Shown: positions 1-8,837 of the stretch, piece after piece
How the letters are laid out: every line of letters begins with the position of its first letter
Position numbering within the stretch: position 1 is the first letter of the stretch
Origin: an uncultured Deferribacteres bacterium
GTDB taxonomy: Bacteria; Zhuqueibacterota; Zhuqueibacteria; Zhuqueibacterales; Geothermadaptataceae
Assembly: GCA_964014485.1 (NCBI GenBank)
Contig: CAXHAT010000119.1
Location: 1 to 24,739 of the forward strand
Reading direction: 5' to 3'
DNA: 24,739 nt
Program-made: the position numbers and the translations under genes
Notes under the pieces: model-generated
Told to the model about the DNA's origin: nothing
Seen by the model: only the letters and a program-made list of their open reading frames with translations
Databases searched by the model: none

Positions 1-45
1 ACACCAAGAAGCTCGTCGGCAGCGTCAGATGTGTATAAGAGACAG
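1..45 (+). other. Illumina Nextera adapter contamination (P5 tail ACAC + i5 index CAAGAAGC + read-1 transposase adapter/mosaic end)
   Basis: 13-45 is TCGTCGGCAGCGTCAGATGTGTATAAGAGACAG, the exact Nextera read-1 adapter. It is preceded by ACAC (end of P5) and an 8-nt index. Confidence 0.99.
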
Positions 46-1266
46 GTTCAAGGAGGACGTGCGATACGAATTCCCGTTATAGAAAAAGCGGCAAGAATGT
101 CTTTGGAAACCATCCCGATGGAATTGGCGGTGAAAAATGCATACTCAAAGGGCGGGATTCCACTCAGCGTTGATGCGATTGCGAACATAAAAGTGGACTC
201 GACCGAACCAACAATCGGCAACGCCGTCGAGCGCTTTCTGGATAAGCCGCTGGCCCAGATTCACGAGATGGCCAAAGATACGCTTGAAGGAAACTTGCGC
301 GGAGTTTTGGCGACCTTGACTCCGGAAGAAGTGAACGAAGATCGCTTAAAGTTTGCCGGAAGCCTCATTGACGAAGCTGAGAACGACCTCCAGCAACTTG
401 GCCTTCAACTCGATACTTTGAAGATTCAAAACGTCGCTGACGAGGCTGGTTATTTAGATTCGATTGGACGAAAGAAAACCGCTGAAGTCATTTCAAGCGC
501 CAGAAAAGCCGAAGCCGAGAAAACGTCTGAAGCCGAAGAAGCCGAAGCCGGAGCAAGACAACGCGCCGAAGTCGCGAAAGCAATGGCCGAACAAGAAATC
601 AAAGCTGCCCAAATCACGGCGGAACGGGAAGTCAAAATGGCGCAGGCGGTTGCAGATCAGAAAGTCGCTGAAGAAAACAACAATTTGCGCGTGAAAGAAG
701 CTGAACTGGAAAAAGTCGCGGTCATCAAAGAGCAAGAAGCCCAAGTCGCCGGTGAAAAAGCCAAGGCGCAGTATGAGCAAGAGGTGGAAGAAGAACGCAT
801 TGTTTTGCAGCAGAAGCGTTTGATGGCCGATGTTATTGAACCCGCGCGCGCCAAAAAAGAAGCGAAAGAGCTGGAAGCTGTTGGTGAAGCAGCGAAAATC
901 ATTGAAGACGGAAAGGCGAATTTGCAGGTACTTGCCGAGATGGTCAAAACCTATCAAAGCGCAGGCGGCGAAGGCGAAAAAATCTTCATGCTCAACATGC
1001 TTCCCGACATTATCTCGCAACTGGTCGATACTGTGAATAACGTTAACATTGAAAAAGTGAGCGTGATCGACAGCGGCAATGGCAAGAGCGGCGGCGGAGT
1101 AGGCAATTTTGTCAATCAGCTTCCCGGCGCCGTAATTTCCTTGACCGAACAAATCGAAAACGCAACCGGCGTCAACATTTTAAGCCATTTTAAGGGCAAC
1201 GGCGCAAAAGAGCATTTGTCTGAGCGCGCCGCTTCAACTAAAATGAAAGCGCCCAATAGTCACTAA
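46..1266 (+). CDS. Flotillin-like SPFH/band 7 protein, 5'-truncated
   Basis: SPFH core (KGGIPLSVDAIANIKV...TLEGNLRGVLATLTPEEVNEDR...LGLQLDTLKIQNVADEAGYL) followed by an Ala/Glu-rich coiled coil and a flotillin C-terminus. The ORF-track start MYKRQ is adapter-derived. Confidence 0.9.
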   Translation, partial: VQGGRAIRIPVIEKAARMSLETIPMELAVKNAYSKGGIPLSVDAIANIKVDSTEPTIGNAVERFLDKPLAQIHEMAKDTLEGNLRGVLATLTPEEVNEDRLKFAGSLIDEAENDLQQLGLQLDTLKIQNVADEAGYLDSIGRKKTAEVISSARKAEAEKTSEAEEAEAGARQRAEVAKAMAEQEIKAAQITAEREVKMAQAVADQKVAEENNNLRVKEAELEKVAVIKEQEAQVAGEKAKAQYEQEVEEERIVLQQKRLMADVIEPARAKKEAKELEAVGEAAKIIEDGKANLQVLAEMVKTYQSAGGEGEKIFMLNMLPDIISQLVDTVNNVNIEKVSVIDSGNGKSGGGVGNFVNQLPGAVISLTEQIENATGVNILSHFKGNGAKEHLSERAASTKMKAPNSH

Positions 1267-1288
1267 TTTACTTTCTTCCCTCCTCCGT

Positions 1289-1322
1289 AAAGCCTCGCGG
1301 CCTATCGTCGCGGGGCTTTTTA
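1289..1322 (+). terminator. Rho-independent terminator after the flotillin gene
   Basis: Stem AAAGCCTCGCGGC / GTCGCGGGGCTTT with two G-U pairs on the + strand, followed by a T-tract. Confidence 0.8.
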
Positions 1323-1354
1323 TATTCTTGAACCGTCAAATCGTATTTCCCATC

Positions 1355-1560
1355 TTCACTGCCTGACACTTTTTGTATAGGCTTCTACAACTGGCAAAAA
1401 AGGCCGGAATTGTCATGCTGGAAGCATCTTTTTTGATCCAACCCTTGATACTTTTGAGCATGCTCTGCACTGGACGATAACAAAGATTGCTTCTGAATGA
1501 CAAAACCGGGCCTTTCGACGGCTCGAAAATGCAGTTTACAAAAAAGTGTCAGGTAGAGAG
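1355..1560. mobile_element. MITE-like 206-bp fold-back element with long imperfect TIRs and a 7-8 bp target-site duplication
   Basis: Outer IR CCTGACACTTTTTGTA (1362-1377) / TACAAAAAAGTGTCAGG (1537-1553); inner IR 1399-1440 / 1471-1515; direct repeat TTCCCATC at 1347-1354 and 1561-1568. Confidence 0.7.
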
Positions 1561-1754
1561 TTCCCATCCTAAAATCTTTCCGCCGCCAAATCTTGCATCT
1601 CTTTTAAATCTTTACGTCGACCAGGCGTCTCACACAGCCCCCTTCTTACGTCCACTGTCTCGAGATAAGACGCCTTGTTCAAAAATATTCATATTAAATA
1701 GGATCGAGCAGGATCAAATCTTGCAATTTGAGGCGTGAGATTTCCGGGCATTAG

Positions 1755-1770
1755 CGGCGTCAAGTTTGCT
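1755..1770 (+). promoter_or_regulatory. Putative sigma-54 (-24/-12) promoter
   Basis: CGGCGTCAAGTTTGCT has GG(1756-57)-N10-GC(1768-69) and ends in TTGCT, ~60 bp upstream of the 1828 ATG. Confidence 0.35.
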
Positions 1771-1827
1771 TTAAAAAAGCCTTCAAATGAATAAAGCAAC
1801 AGGACGTTTACTTTGAGTTAAAAAGCC

Positions 1828-3030
1828 ATGAAAAATCGATTCTTTCGCTGTTTCACCTCTTTGACGATTTTTCTCTTACCGATTTCCACGGTATTTTCCC
1901 AAGGCCTGCAATTTCCGGCAGGTCGAGGACTGACGCACTTGCACTCGGCATGGACGCTGGACAAGGGCGCCGTCACAATCAATGCACACACCACATCATT
2001 CTACAAGACGACCTTAACCAACAATGTAACCGGAACTTTTTGGGATGTTCAAGGCGTTGTCAGCGCCGCGATCGCCCCGCACAAACATTTCGAATTGTAC
2101 CTGACCAATATTGTCTATCAGGATACTCATCAAGGTTCGAGCGGCATTAATACGCCGTCCGACGTTAATTTTGCAATCAAAGCCGCTTCCTTTGGCAGCA
2201 TTAAAAGTCCCGTCAAATTCGGATTGCTTGCTGAAGGCAGAATTCCTCTGGCAAGTCACCACAATGTTGTTTTCGAGCCTTACAGTTCCGGGCAGTTCGA
2301 GTTCGGAATTACGGCGCTTGGCTCCGTCACAAGTGATTTGCTGATTCCCGAAGCCGGGTTCAATCTCCATGCTAACGTCGGCATGTGGTTTCACAATGAC
2401 AAGGGGCAGACGATTACCAGCGACCCCACTGACAACACAGTTGCGACAAGCGCCAGCCGAGCTTTGCTTTGGGGCGTCGGTGCGGTTTTGCCTACCTCCC
2501 AACTTGATTTTGGCCTGGAAGTCTCTGGAAGAATGTTTGCCGTTCGGCCTCCCGTGACAGCTTATACCCGAGAAAACGCCTACTACTTGACCCCGTCGAT
2601 AAACTATCGCGCGAACAATCGTGCATCGTTTTTTGCCGCCGTGGACGTTCGGCTCTCAAGCGATACGGATTTGTCACTCTACACTGCAAACGGAACAACG
2701 CTTGTGCAAGTGCATCCCGATTTGCCCAGCAATCCAGGCTGGCGGTTGCAGATTGGCGGGAAATATCATATCACGAAACCGGCGCCGCGCGGATTAGAAA
2801 GCCCGCTATTTGTTGAAGAGGACGAAAACATTCCCGCACTGCCGCTGCAGGAGCAACTGGGCAAGGAGCGCCGCAAGACGGAAATGGCTGAAGAGCAGTT
2901 GTCAAAAATCCGTGAAGATCGCAGGAAAATGGAAGATACGCTGGCCAAGCTGCGGCAGGTTTTACGAGGCGATCAAGCTTCTCGTGAAAAATCAGAAAAC
3001 AAAACCGAGAGTTCCGGCGGAAACAACTGA
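1828..3030 (+). CDS. Exported hypothetical protein, probable outer-membrane beta-barrel with C-terminal coiled coil
   Basis: Sec signal peptide (MKNRFF...VFS/Q), many amphipathic Gly/aromatic beta-strand segments, and a charged helical tail (KERRKTEMAEEQLSKIREDRRKMEDTLAKLRQ). Confidence 0.6.
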   Translation: MKNRFFRCFTSLTIFLLPISTVFSQGLQFPAGRGLTHLHSAWTLDKGAVTINAHTTSFYKTTLTNNVTGTFWDVQGVVSAAIAPHKHFELYLTNIVYQDTHQGSSGINTPSDVNFAIKAASFGSIKSPVKFGLLAEGRIPLASHHNVVFEPYSSGQFEFGITALGSVTSDLLIPEAGFNLHANVGMWFHNDKGQTITSDPTDNTVATSASRALLWGVGAVLPTSQLDFGLEVSGRMFAVRPPVTAYTRENAYYLTPSINYRANNRASFFAAVDVRLSSDTDLSLYTANGTTLVQVHPDLPSNPGWRLQIGGKYHITKPAPRGLESPLFVEEDENIPALPLQEQLGKERRKTEMAEEQLSKIREDRRKMEDTLAKLRQVLRGDQASREKSENKTESSGGNN

Positions 3031-3056
3031 TCCTTCCCCCACAAATAGTTCTACAG

Positions 3057-3093
3057 AAAAAGCGACGCCGACTGGTTTGGTATCGCTTTTTTT
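3057..3093 (+). terminator. Rho-independent terminator
   Basis: Stem AAAAAGCGACGCCGA / TTGGTATCGCTTTTT followed by a T-rich tract. Confidence 0.7.
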
Positions 3094-3172
3094 ATTTTGG
3101 GCAACTGCTAGAATGATTCACCGAAGCGCCGAAAGCGTTTGATAAAATCATCATACAAAACGAAAATCGAAA

Positions 3173-4288
3173 ATGCCTGAAATAAACGCGGATCATATCA
3201 CTGAAACCTTTCTGGAACTCGTCAAAATAAACGCACTTTCACTTGAAGAGCGCCCGGTCAACGATTACATCATCGAGAAACTTCGCTCCTGGGATTTTGA
3301 TTTTATAGAGGATAACGCCGGAGAAAAAACCGGCGGCAATGCCGGAAATATTATTGTCCGAGTGCCAGGAAAATCAAATTCTGCTAAACCGTTTTTTCTT
3401 TGCTCCCACACTGATACCGTTCGTCCGACAAAAGACCTTCAACCCGTTATCGAAAACGGCGTTATCTCAAGCGCGGGCGACACTATTCTGGGCGCGGATA
3501 ATCGCGCCGGGATAGCCATACTGCTGTCACTTCTTGAGCAAGTCGCATCCTCTGATTTTGAACATAACAATTTTGAAGTTATTTTTACTATCGCTGAAGA
3601 AATCGGATTGATAGGCGCGTCAAATGTCGATTGGACGCAGGTTCAGGCGGAAAGCGGCTACGTCTTCGACAGCTCTCGTCCGCCTGGCGACTATATTGCC
3701 CACACGTCTTCAGCGATGAAATTTAGCATTGACGTTATCGGTGCGGAAGCGCACGCCGGAGTTGCGCCGGAAAAAGGCGTGAATGCCATCAGCATGGCCG
3801 CGGAAGTTGTGACACGGTTTCCAGTGGGAAGAATTGACGACGAAACAGTGGCAAACATCGGCGTCATTCGCGGCGGCGAAGCGACGAATGTTGTCGCCGG
3901 AAAGGTGCACTTAGACGGAGAAATCCGCTCGTTTAATCCGCAGACGATGGAAAGACTCATCAAAGACCTCAGGCGCTCGCTTGATGATGTTTCTCAAAAA
4001 TTCGGCGGGAGTTACGAAATGCATGACAAGAAAGAGTTTGCCGGATTTTCCATTTCAGAAAGCGAGCCGATTGCGCAACATTTACATAAGAAAATGCAAG
4101 TAGTTGGACTGACTCCGGCGCCGCAGGTTTATAGCGGCGGCAGCGACGCCAACGTTTTCAACGCTATTGGCAAGCCGACGCTCAATCTTGGCATAGGGCA
4201 GAAAAACCCTCACGCCAACAACGAATGCATCGCCGTCGCAGACTTGACGAAAATGACTGAGCTGGCGATGGCTTTGGTTTCACCATGA
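3173..4288 (+). CDS. M20/M25/M40 family metallopeptidase (peptidase T-like)
   Basis: Metal-binding motifs SHTDTV, LGADNRAG and AEEIGL; C-terminal GGSDAN...NPH. Confidence 0.9.
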   Translation: MPEINADHITETFLELVKINALSLEERPVNDYIIEKLRSWDFDFIEDNAGEKTGGNAGNIIVRVPGKSNSAKPFFLCSHTDTVRPTKDLQPVIENGVISSAGDTILGADNRAGIAILLSLLEQVASSDFEHNNFEVIFTIAEEIGLIGASNVDWTQVQAESGYVFDSSRPPGDYIAHTSSAMKFSIDVIGAEAHAGVAPEKGVNAISMAAEVVTRFPVGRIDDETVANIGVIRGGEATNVVAGKVHLDGEIRSFNPQTMERLIKDLRRSLDDVSQKFGGSYEMHDKKEFAGFSISESEPIAQHLHKKMQVVGLTPAPQVYSGGSDANVFNAIGKPTLNLGIGQKNPHANNECIAVADLTKMTELAMALVSP

Positions 4289-4303
4289 AAGGACGCTTTG
4301 GAA

Positions 4304-4729
4304 ATGGCTCGTAGAAAAAGCTCTTCCGAAAATCGAAGCAACGAAACTTCCGCAATGCGTATCGACAAATGGCTGAAAATGGTGCGCATTTTCAAAAAGC
4401 GCACCGAGGCTGCTGACGCGTGCGATCTTGGTCGCGTGAAACTTAACGGCCAGCCCGCAAAAGCGAGCCGAACCGTTGTCGTCGGCGATAAAATCACTGT
4501 CAAATCCGGCTCGCGCTATCGTGATCTGGAAGTGTTGGAGCTGCCGATTCGCGGGCTCTCAGCAAAAGACGCCAAGCTTGCCTATAAAGACAACAGCCCT
4601 GAAATCCCCAAGGACACGATTGAATTGATGAAAATGCAAACGCAATTTGATCGCACGCATCGCCGGAAATTCAAGGGCCGCCCCACCAAGAAAGAGCGGC
4701 GCGACTGGCAGAAAGGGCATGAGTTTTAG
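4304..4729 (+). CDS. hslR: S4-domain ribosome-associated heat shock protein Hsp15
   Basis: MRIDKWL...R.FKKRTEA..AC..GRVKLNG..AK and C-terminal GRPTKKERR signature. Start is uncertain (4298 TTG, 4304 ATG or 4355 ATG). Confidence 0.85.
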   Translation: MARRKSSSENRSNETSAMRIDKWLKMVRIFKKRTEAADACDLGRVKLNGQPAKASRTVVVGDKITVKSGSRYRDLEVLELPIRGLSAKDAKLAYKDNSPEIPKDTIELMKMQTQFDRTHRRKFKGRPTKKERRDWQKGHEF

Positions 4730-4798
4730 GCGTCCTTTTCTTCTCAAGTTTCATTTTTTTCGACGGATCACCCTCGCCGATAATTGAGCGGAGAATCC

Positions 4799-4954
4799 AT
4801 GATTCCTACAATTGAAGCAGTTAAACATGCCCAGAAGAATCAACTCCTTGAAGAAGCCGCCGCAATCGTTTTCCCGTTCATACTGATTTTAGTATGGTGA
4901 ATGCTCTGGAGAAAATTGAGACGAGCATTCTCGCGAAATCCGCGACGAGCATAA
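4799..4954 (+). pseudogene. Small single-TM protein ORF (51 codons) interrupted by in-frame TGA at 4898-4900
   Basis: GGAG RBS at 4790-4793; reads MIPTIEAVKHAQKNQLLEEAAAIVFPFILILVW*MLWRKLRRAFSRNPRRA-TAA, i.e. a TM helix followed by a basic tail. Confidence 0.45.
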
Positions 4955-4970
4955 AAAGAACTCAAGGAAA

Positions 4971-5525
4971 ATGAGCAAAAGTAGTACTCAAAGTATTCGT
5001 CTTCCAAGCCGTCGGGCAGATCATTGTCATCGGCTGAGTATAAGAATAAAATTGTTCACGGCGATTTTTCTTGTTTCTTCCTGCGTTTTCGCCTGTAAGG
5101 AGGACTCAAGTAAATCATTTGACAAAGCCGATGCAAAACTGAACCGACTTCAATTTGAAGAACTCTTGCAAAATTTGGCTGAAGGGTGGAACGCTGGAGA
5201 CGCCCAAAAAGCTGCGAATTGCTTTACGCCAGATGCAATTTATGTGGAGCCGCCGAATAAGCAATTTTACAAAGGCAGAGACGCATTGCATACTTTTTTT
5301 GGCGGCGATTCAGGACGAGCAGGTGACATGAAAATGACTTGGCGTCATATTGTTTTTGATGAAGCGAAACAGGTTGGTTGCGGAGAATTCACCTTTTCAT
5401 ACGGAAGTCAGGTTCACGGTATGGTCATCATCAAAACAAAAAACGGAAAGATTCATCGCTGGCGGGAATACTGGTACGAATCTTCGCTTGACTGGAATGA
5501 TTTCATTGGCGAAAGCTCTTTCTAA
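4971..5525 (+). CDS. NTF2/SnoaL-like family protein, probable lipoprotein
   Basis: AWN.GD-type segment (EGWNAGDA...FTPDAIYVEP...GRDAL) and C-terminal NGKIHRWREYW typical of the NTF2-like fold; hydrophobic stretch ending VFAC (lipobox-like). Confidence 0.75.
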   Translation: MSKSSTQSIRLPSRRADHCHRLSIRIKLFTAIFLVSSCVFACKEDSSKSFDKADAKLNRLQFEELLQNLAEGWNAGDAQKAANCFTPDAIYVEPPNKQFYKGRDALHTFFGGDSGRAGDMKMTWRHIVFDEAKQVGCGEFTFSYGSQVHGMVIIKTKNGKIHRWREYWYESSLDWNDFIGESSF

Positions 5526-5576
5526 ACTTGTGGTCTCGTCTATGAAAATCGATTTTATTTTTGAATTGAGTTACGC

Positions 5577-6581
5577 ATGAAAGCAATCGTCACAGGTTCA
5601 AACGGCTTTATCGGCAGCCACATCGTTGAAGCGCTTTTGCAAGAAAACATTGAAACGGTGTGTCTTTTTCGCAAGGGCGGCAGCACAGGAAAATACCTTG
5701 AAGGCCTCCCAATAAAGAAGCATTTTATCGAGTACGACAAACCGGAAACACTGGTCAGTTGTCCCGCTTTTGATGAAGCCGATTACGTGATTCATGTCGC
5801 AGGCGTCACCAAACGTGTTACTAAGCAGCAATTCATCGCTGGAAATGTTGAACCGACGCAAAACCTTCTGGAGACCATTCGGGCGAAAACCCTGAAGTTA
5901 AAGCGATTCGTTTTCATTTCATCTCAAGCCGCCGCCGGGCCAGCAAAGACTCTTGACCATCCGATCACGGAAAACGACAAACCGCGACCGCTTGAAATCT
6001 ACGGAGAGAGTAAATTCATCGCTGAACAAATCGTCCAGGAGTATGGCGAAACAATCCCCTTCACAATCATTCGTCCTCCGGCGGTTTACGGCCCCCGCGA
6101 CGTCGATTTTTTTGAAATGTTTCAATACGTCCGGAAAGGAATAAACATTTACGCCAGTAACCGGGACAGTTACATTTCAATTGTTCACGTCGATGATTTG
6201 ACGCGCGGTATTTTGGATGCCATGAAGTCGCCCGAGGCTGCTAATAAAACCTACTTTCTCAGTAATAAAAAGCCGATCGCCTGGCATGAAGTGAAAGAAG
6301 TTGTCGAGCGCGTCGTTGGGCGCTCGGCTTTCGATATAAACATCCCCAAATTTGTTTTGAAGGTTGCCGGAAAATGCGGCGATCTGTATTCAAAAATGAC
6401 AGGGCGCTTTTCCCTAATCAACTCGCCGAAAATCGAACTGTCCTTGCCTAAATATTGGCTTTGCAGCGCGGAACTTGCGAAAAGAGATTTTGGTTTTCAA
6501 CCCGAGACAAAGTTAGAAGAAGGCATGAAAGGAACGTATGAATGGTATCAACAAAACGGCTGGCTGAGGGGTAAGAAATAG
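5577..6581 (+). CDS. NAD-dependent epimerase/dehydratase family protein (extended SDR)
   Basis: VTGSNGFIG Rossmann motif, HVAG, YGESK catalytic motif, RPPAVYGP. Confidence 0.9.
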   Translation: MKAIVTGSNGFIGSHIVEALLQENIETVCLFRKGGSTGKYLEGLPIKKHFIEYDKPETLVSCPAFDEADYVIHVAGVTKRVTKQQFIAGNVEPTQNLLETIRAKTLKLKRFVFISSQAAAGPAKTLDHPITENDKPRPLEIYGESKFIAEQIVQEYGETIPFTIIRPPAVYGPRDVDFFEMFQYVRKGINIYASNRDSYISIVHVDDLTRGILDAMKSPEAANKTYFLSNKKPIAWHEVKEVVERVVGRSAFDINIPKFVLKVAGKCGDLYSKMTGRFSLINSPKIELSLPKYWLCSAELAKRDFGFQPETKLEEGMKGTYEWYQQNGWLRGKK

Positions 6582-6622
6582 TGTCAAAGCATGACTGTGG
6601 GGAAGAAAAACCTCAGAAAACA

Positions 6623-6683
6623 AGAATGTTGGACTATTGACTTCTTACCAACCAACAATCCAACATTCCAGTACTCCAACAAT
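6623..6683. repeat. Inverted octamer array (CCAnnAnT family) between convergent genes
   Basis: AGAATGTT GGACTATT (6623-6638) faces CCAACAAT CCAACATT CCAGTACT CCAACAAT (6652-6683); GAATGTTGGA/TCCAACATTC is a perfect IR. Confidence 0.7.
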
Positions 6684-6687
6684 AACG

Positions 6688-7395
6688 CTAAGCTGGTTCC
6701 TGCGCTAAATGGCGATCACCCACGATTTCATCGCGTTCAATCAGACCGTCTTTCAAACGAACGATCCGGTGCGCATGTTCGGCGATATATTCTTCGTGCG
6801 TGACAAGAATAATCGTGTTGCCCTGATCATGCAATCCAGAAAAAATGCGCATGATTTCATCGCCGGTCTTGGTGTCCAGGTTACCGGTCGGTTCATCGGC
6901 CAGAATAATTGATGGATCGTTAACCAAAGCGCGTGCGATGGCGACGCGCTGGCGCTGACCGCCGGAAAGCTCGTTCGGTTTGTGCTCCATGCGGTCCGCC
7001 AACCCCACTTTTTCCAAAGCGATCTCCGCCTTTTTGCGGCGCTCGGCGGCGGGAATGCCGGAATAGACCAACGGCAGCTCAACATTGTGCAACGCCGTTG
7101 CACGGGGCAGAAGATTGAAAGTTTGGAAAACAAAACCGATCTCCTGATTCCGAATATCCGCGAGCTGGTCATCATCCATCTCGCTGACCAGCTCACCATT
7201 CAAGCGATAAATCCCGGTCGTAGGCGTATCCAAACAACCTAGAATATTCATGAGCGTCGATTTTCCGGAACCGGACGGCCCCATAATCGCGACATATTCT
7301 CCGGCTTCAATCCCCATGTCCGCTCGCTTCAGCGCCGGCACTTCGATGGAACCGATATAATAAATTCGACTGAGATCACTGACTTCGATTAGCAT
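6688..7395 (-). CDS. ABC transporter ATP-binding protein (MacB/LolD/YknY type)
   Basis: Walker [21 protein letters not shown], signature [15 protein letters not shown], Walker [13 protein letters not shown]-loop VTH. Confidence 0.95.
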   Translation of the reverse strand: MLIEVSDLSRIYYIGSIEVPALKRADMGIEAGEYVAIMGPSGSGKSTLMNILGCLDTPTTGIYRLNGELVSEMDDDQLADIRNQEIGFVFQTFNLLPRATALHNVELPLVYSGIPAAERRKKAEIALEKVGLADRMEHKPNELSGGQRQRVAIARALVNDPSIILADEPTGNLDTKTGDEIMRIFSGLHDQGNTIILVTHEEYIAEHAHRIVRLKDGLIERDEIVGDRHLAQEPA

Positions 7396-7407
7396 GATTC
7401 TTCTCGC

Positions 7408-8769
7408 TTATTTGAGCGTACCCATAGCCGCTTGCAATTGCGCTTCCGCGATTTTGGTGTCGTATTTTGCACGGACGAAAGTAGCGCGCGCGCTGGTTAA
7501 AGTCGCCTGCGCGGCGATAACGTCGAGCAACGTCCCTGCGCCGACGCGATAACGCTCCTGTTGCAGGCGGTGGTCTTCTTCGGCAGATTGTATGTTTTGA
7601 TTGTTAATCTCTTGAATCTGGCGGTTCATTTCTAGGTCAAACAACGCTGCTTGTACTTGTCGCCGCAAGTCGCGTTCTGTCTCAACCAGACTTTCTTCAG
7701 CAATGCGGTAGTTGGTTTCTTCACGATCTATCCGCGCAAGATCTGAAAAGCCGTTAAACAAATTGAAATTGATTCTGCCGCCCAAATTAAAAGACCAGTT
7801 CCTGCCGAAATCTGAATAGACCGGGGAGAATTCCGTGTTCGAGCGAGAATAGCTAACCGAGGCGCCGAATGAAGGAAGATAGTTCTTCTTGGCAGATTTC
7901 GAACCATGCCGTGCGGCGTCCATGTCCGCCTTGAAACGGAAAACCTGTGGATTCTGCTGCATGGCTATTTCCAACGCTTGGTCGATGGTATACTGAGATA
8001 AGGCCCCTTCTTCTGTGCTTTCTATAATGCTCAACGGCGCGTCCGGCGCCTGTCCCATCGCGACATTCAATTGCGCACGGGCGTCGAGCACATTGTTTTC
8101 GGCGCGGATCAGGTTGATTTTATCGCTGCCGACCTGTGTCTGCTGGCGATAAACGTCCGCTTGTGCAACCGAGCCGATTTCATACATGCTCTGCGTTTTC
8201 TTGAGCTGCTCTTCACTCGATTTTAACGCTTCCTTTTGCACTTCAACCAATTGAGCGTTTTGCAAAAGTTGGTAAAAGAATTGATGAACGTTAAGAATGG
8301 TGGTCTGTTTGGTGTTTTCAGAAACATGCTCAGAAGACCGCCGACTAGCTTTCGCCTGTTTGATATTGTCAAAAGACTGCCCAAAATCGAAAAGCGTTTG
8401 CGACAATGAAACCGACATTTGGTGGGATTGCCGATTACTACCTTCCCGCACGATCTGCTGTTGCTCAAATCTCAGAATTTGGCCGGTGGCCGGGTCGATA
8501 ACCGGTACATCTTGCTGAAAAGTACTCGCCCCTTGCTGGAATCTCGCACTTTGAAAGGATGAATTAATTTGCGGAAGTATTGTGGCCCGGGTTATCGTCA
8601 CATTCGTTTCCGCAATTGTTTCCCGATGCCTCGCGTTAATGTAAGCCGAGTTTTTTTCCAAAGCGATTTGAACGCATTGTTCGAGCGTTAACGCGCCTTG
8701 CGAAAACGCCGAACCTGCGCCAAATCCAATAAATATAATGCCGGAAATAACACGTTTCAAAATACTCAT
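7408..8769 (-). CDS. TolC family outer-membrane efflux protein
   Basis: Signal peptide, LTLEQCVQIALEKN N-terminus, two OEP repeats, C-terminal ERYRVGAGTLLDVIAAQ. Confidence 0.9.
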   Translation of the reverse strand: MSILKRVISGIIFIGFGAGSAFSQGALTLEQCVQIALEKNSAYINARHRETIAETNVTITRATILPQINSSFQSARFQQGASTFQQDVPVIDPATGQILRFEQQQIVREGSNRQSHQMSVSLSQTLFDFGQSFDNIKQAKASRRSSEHVSENTKQTTILNVHQFFYQLLQNAQLVEVQKEALKSSEEQLKKTQSMYEIGSVAQADVYRQQTQVGSDKINLIRAENNVLDARAQLNVAMGQAPDAPLSIIESTEEGALSQYTIDQALEIAMQQNPQVFRFKADMDAARHGSKSAKKNYLPSFGASVSYSRSNTEFSPVYSDFGRNWSFNLGGRINFNLFNGFSDLARIDREETNYRIAEESLVETERDLRRQVQAALFDLEMNRQIQEINNQNIQSAEEDHRLQQERYRVGAGTLLDVIAAQATLTSARATFVRAKYDTKIAEAQLQAAMGTLK

Positions 8770-8837
8770 GATAATCTCCTCAAAACAATACCTTTGCGCA
8801 GCAAGCTACTGCGACTTCAATTGAACTTTAACTTTAT

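Noticed and set aside
1385..1738. Short ORFs 1385-1567 (-) and 1487-1738 (+)
   Set aside because: They overlap the fold-back element, lack motifs, and do not resemble transposase fragments.
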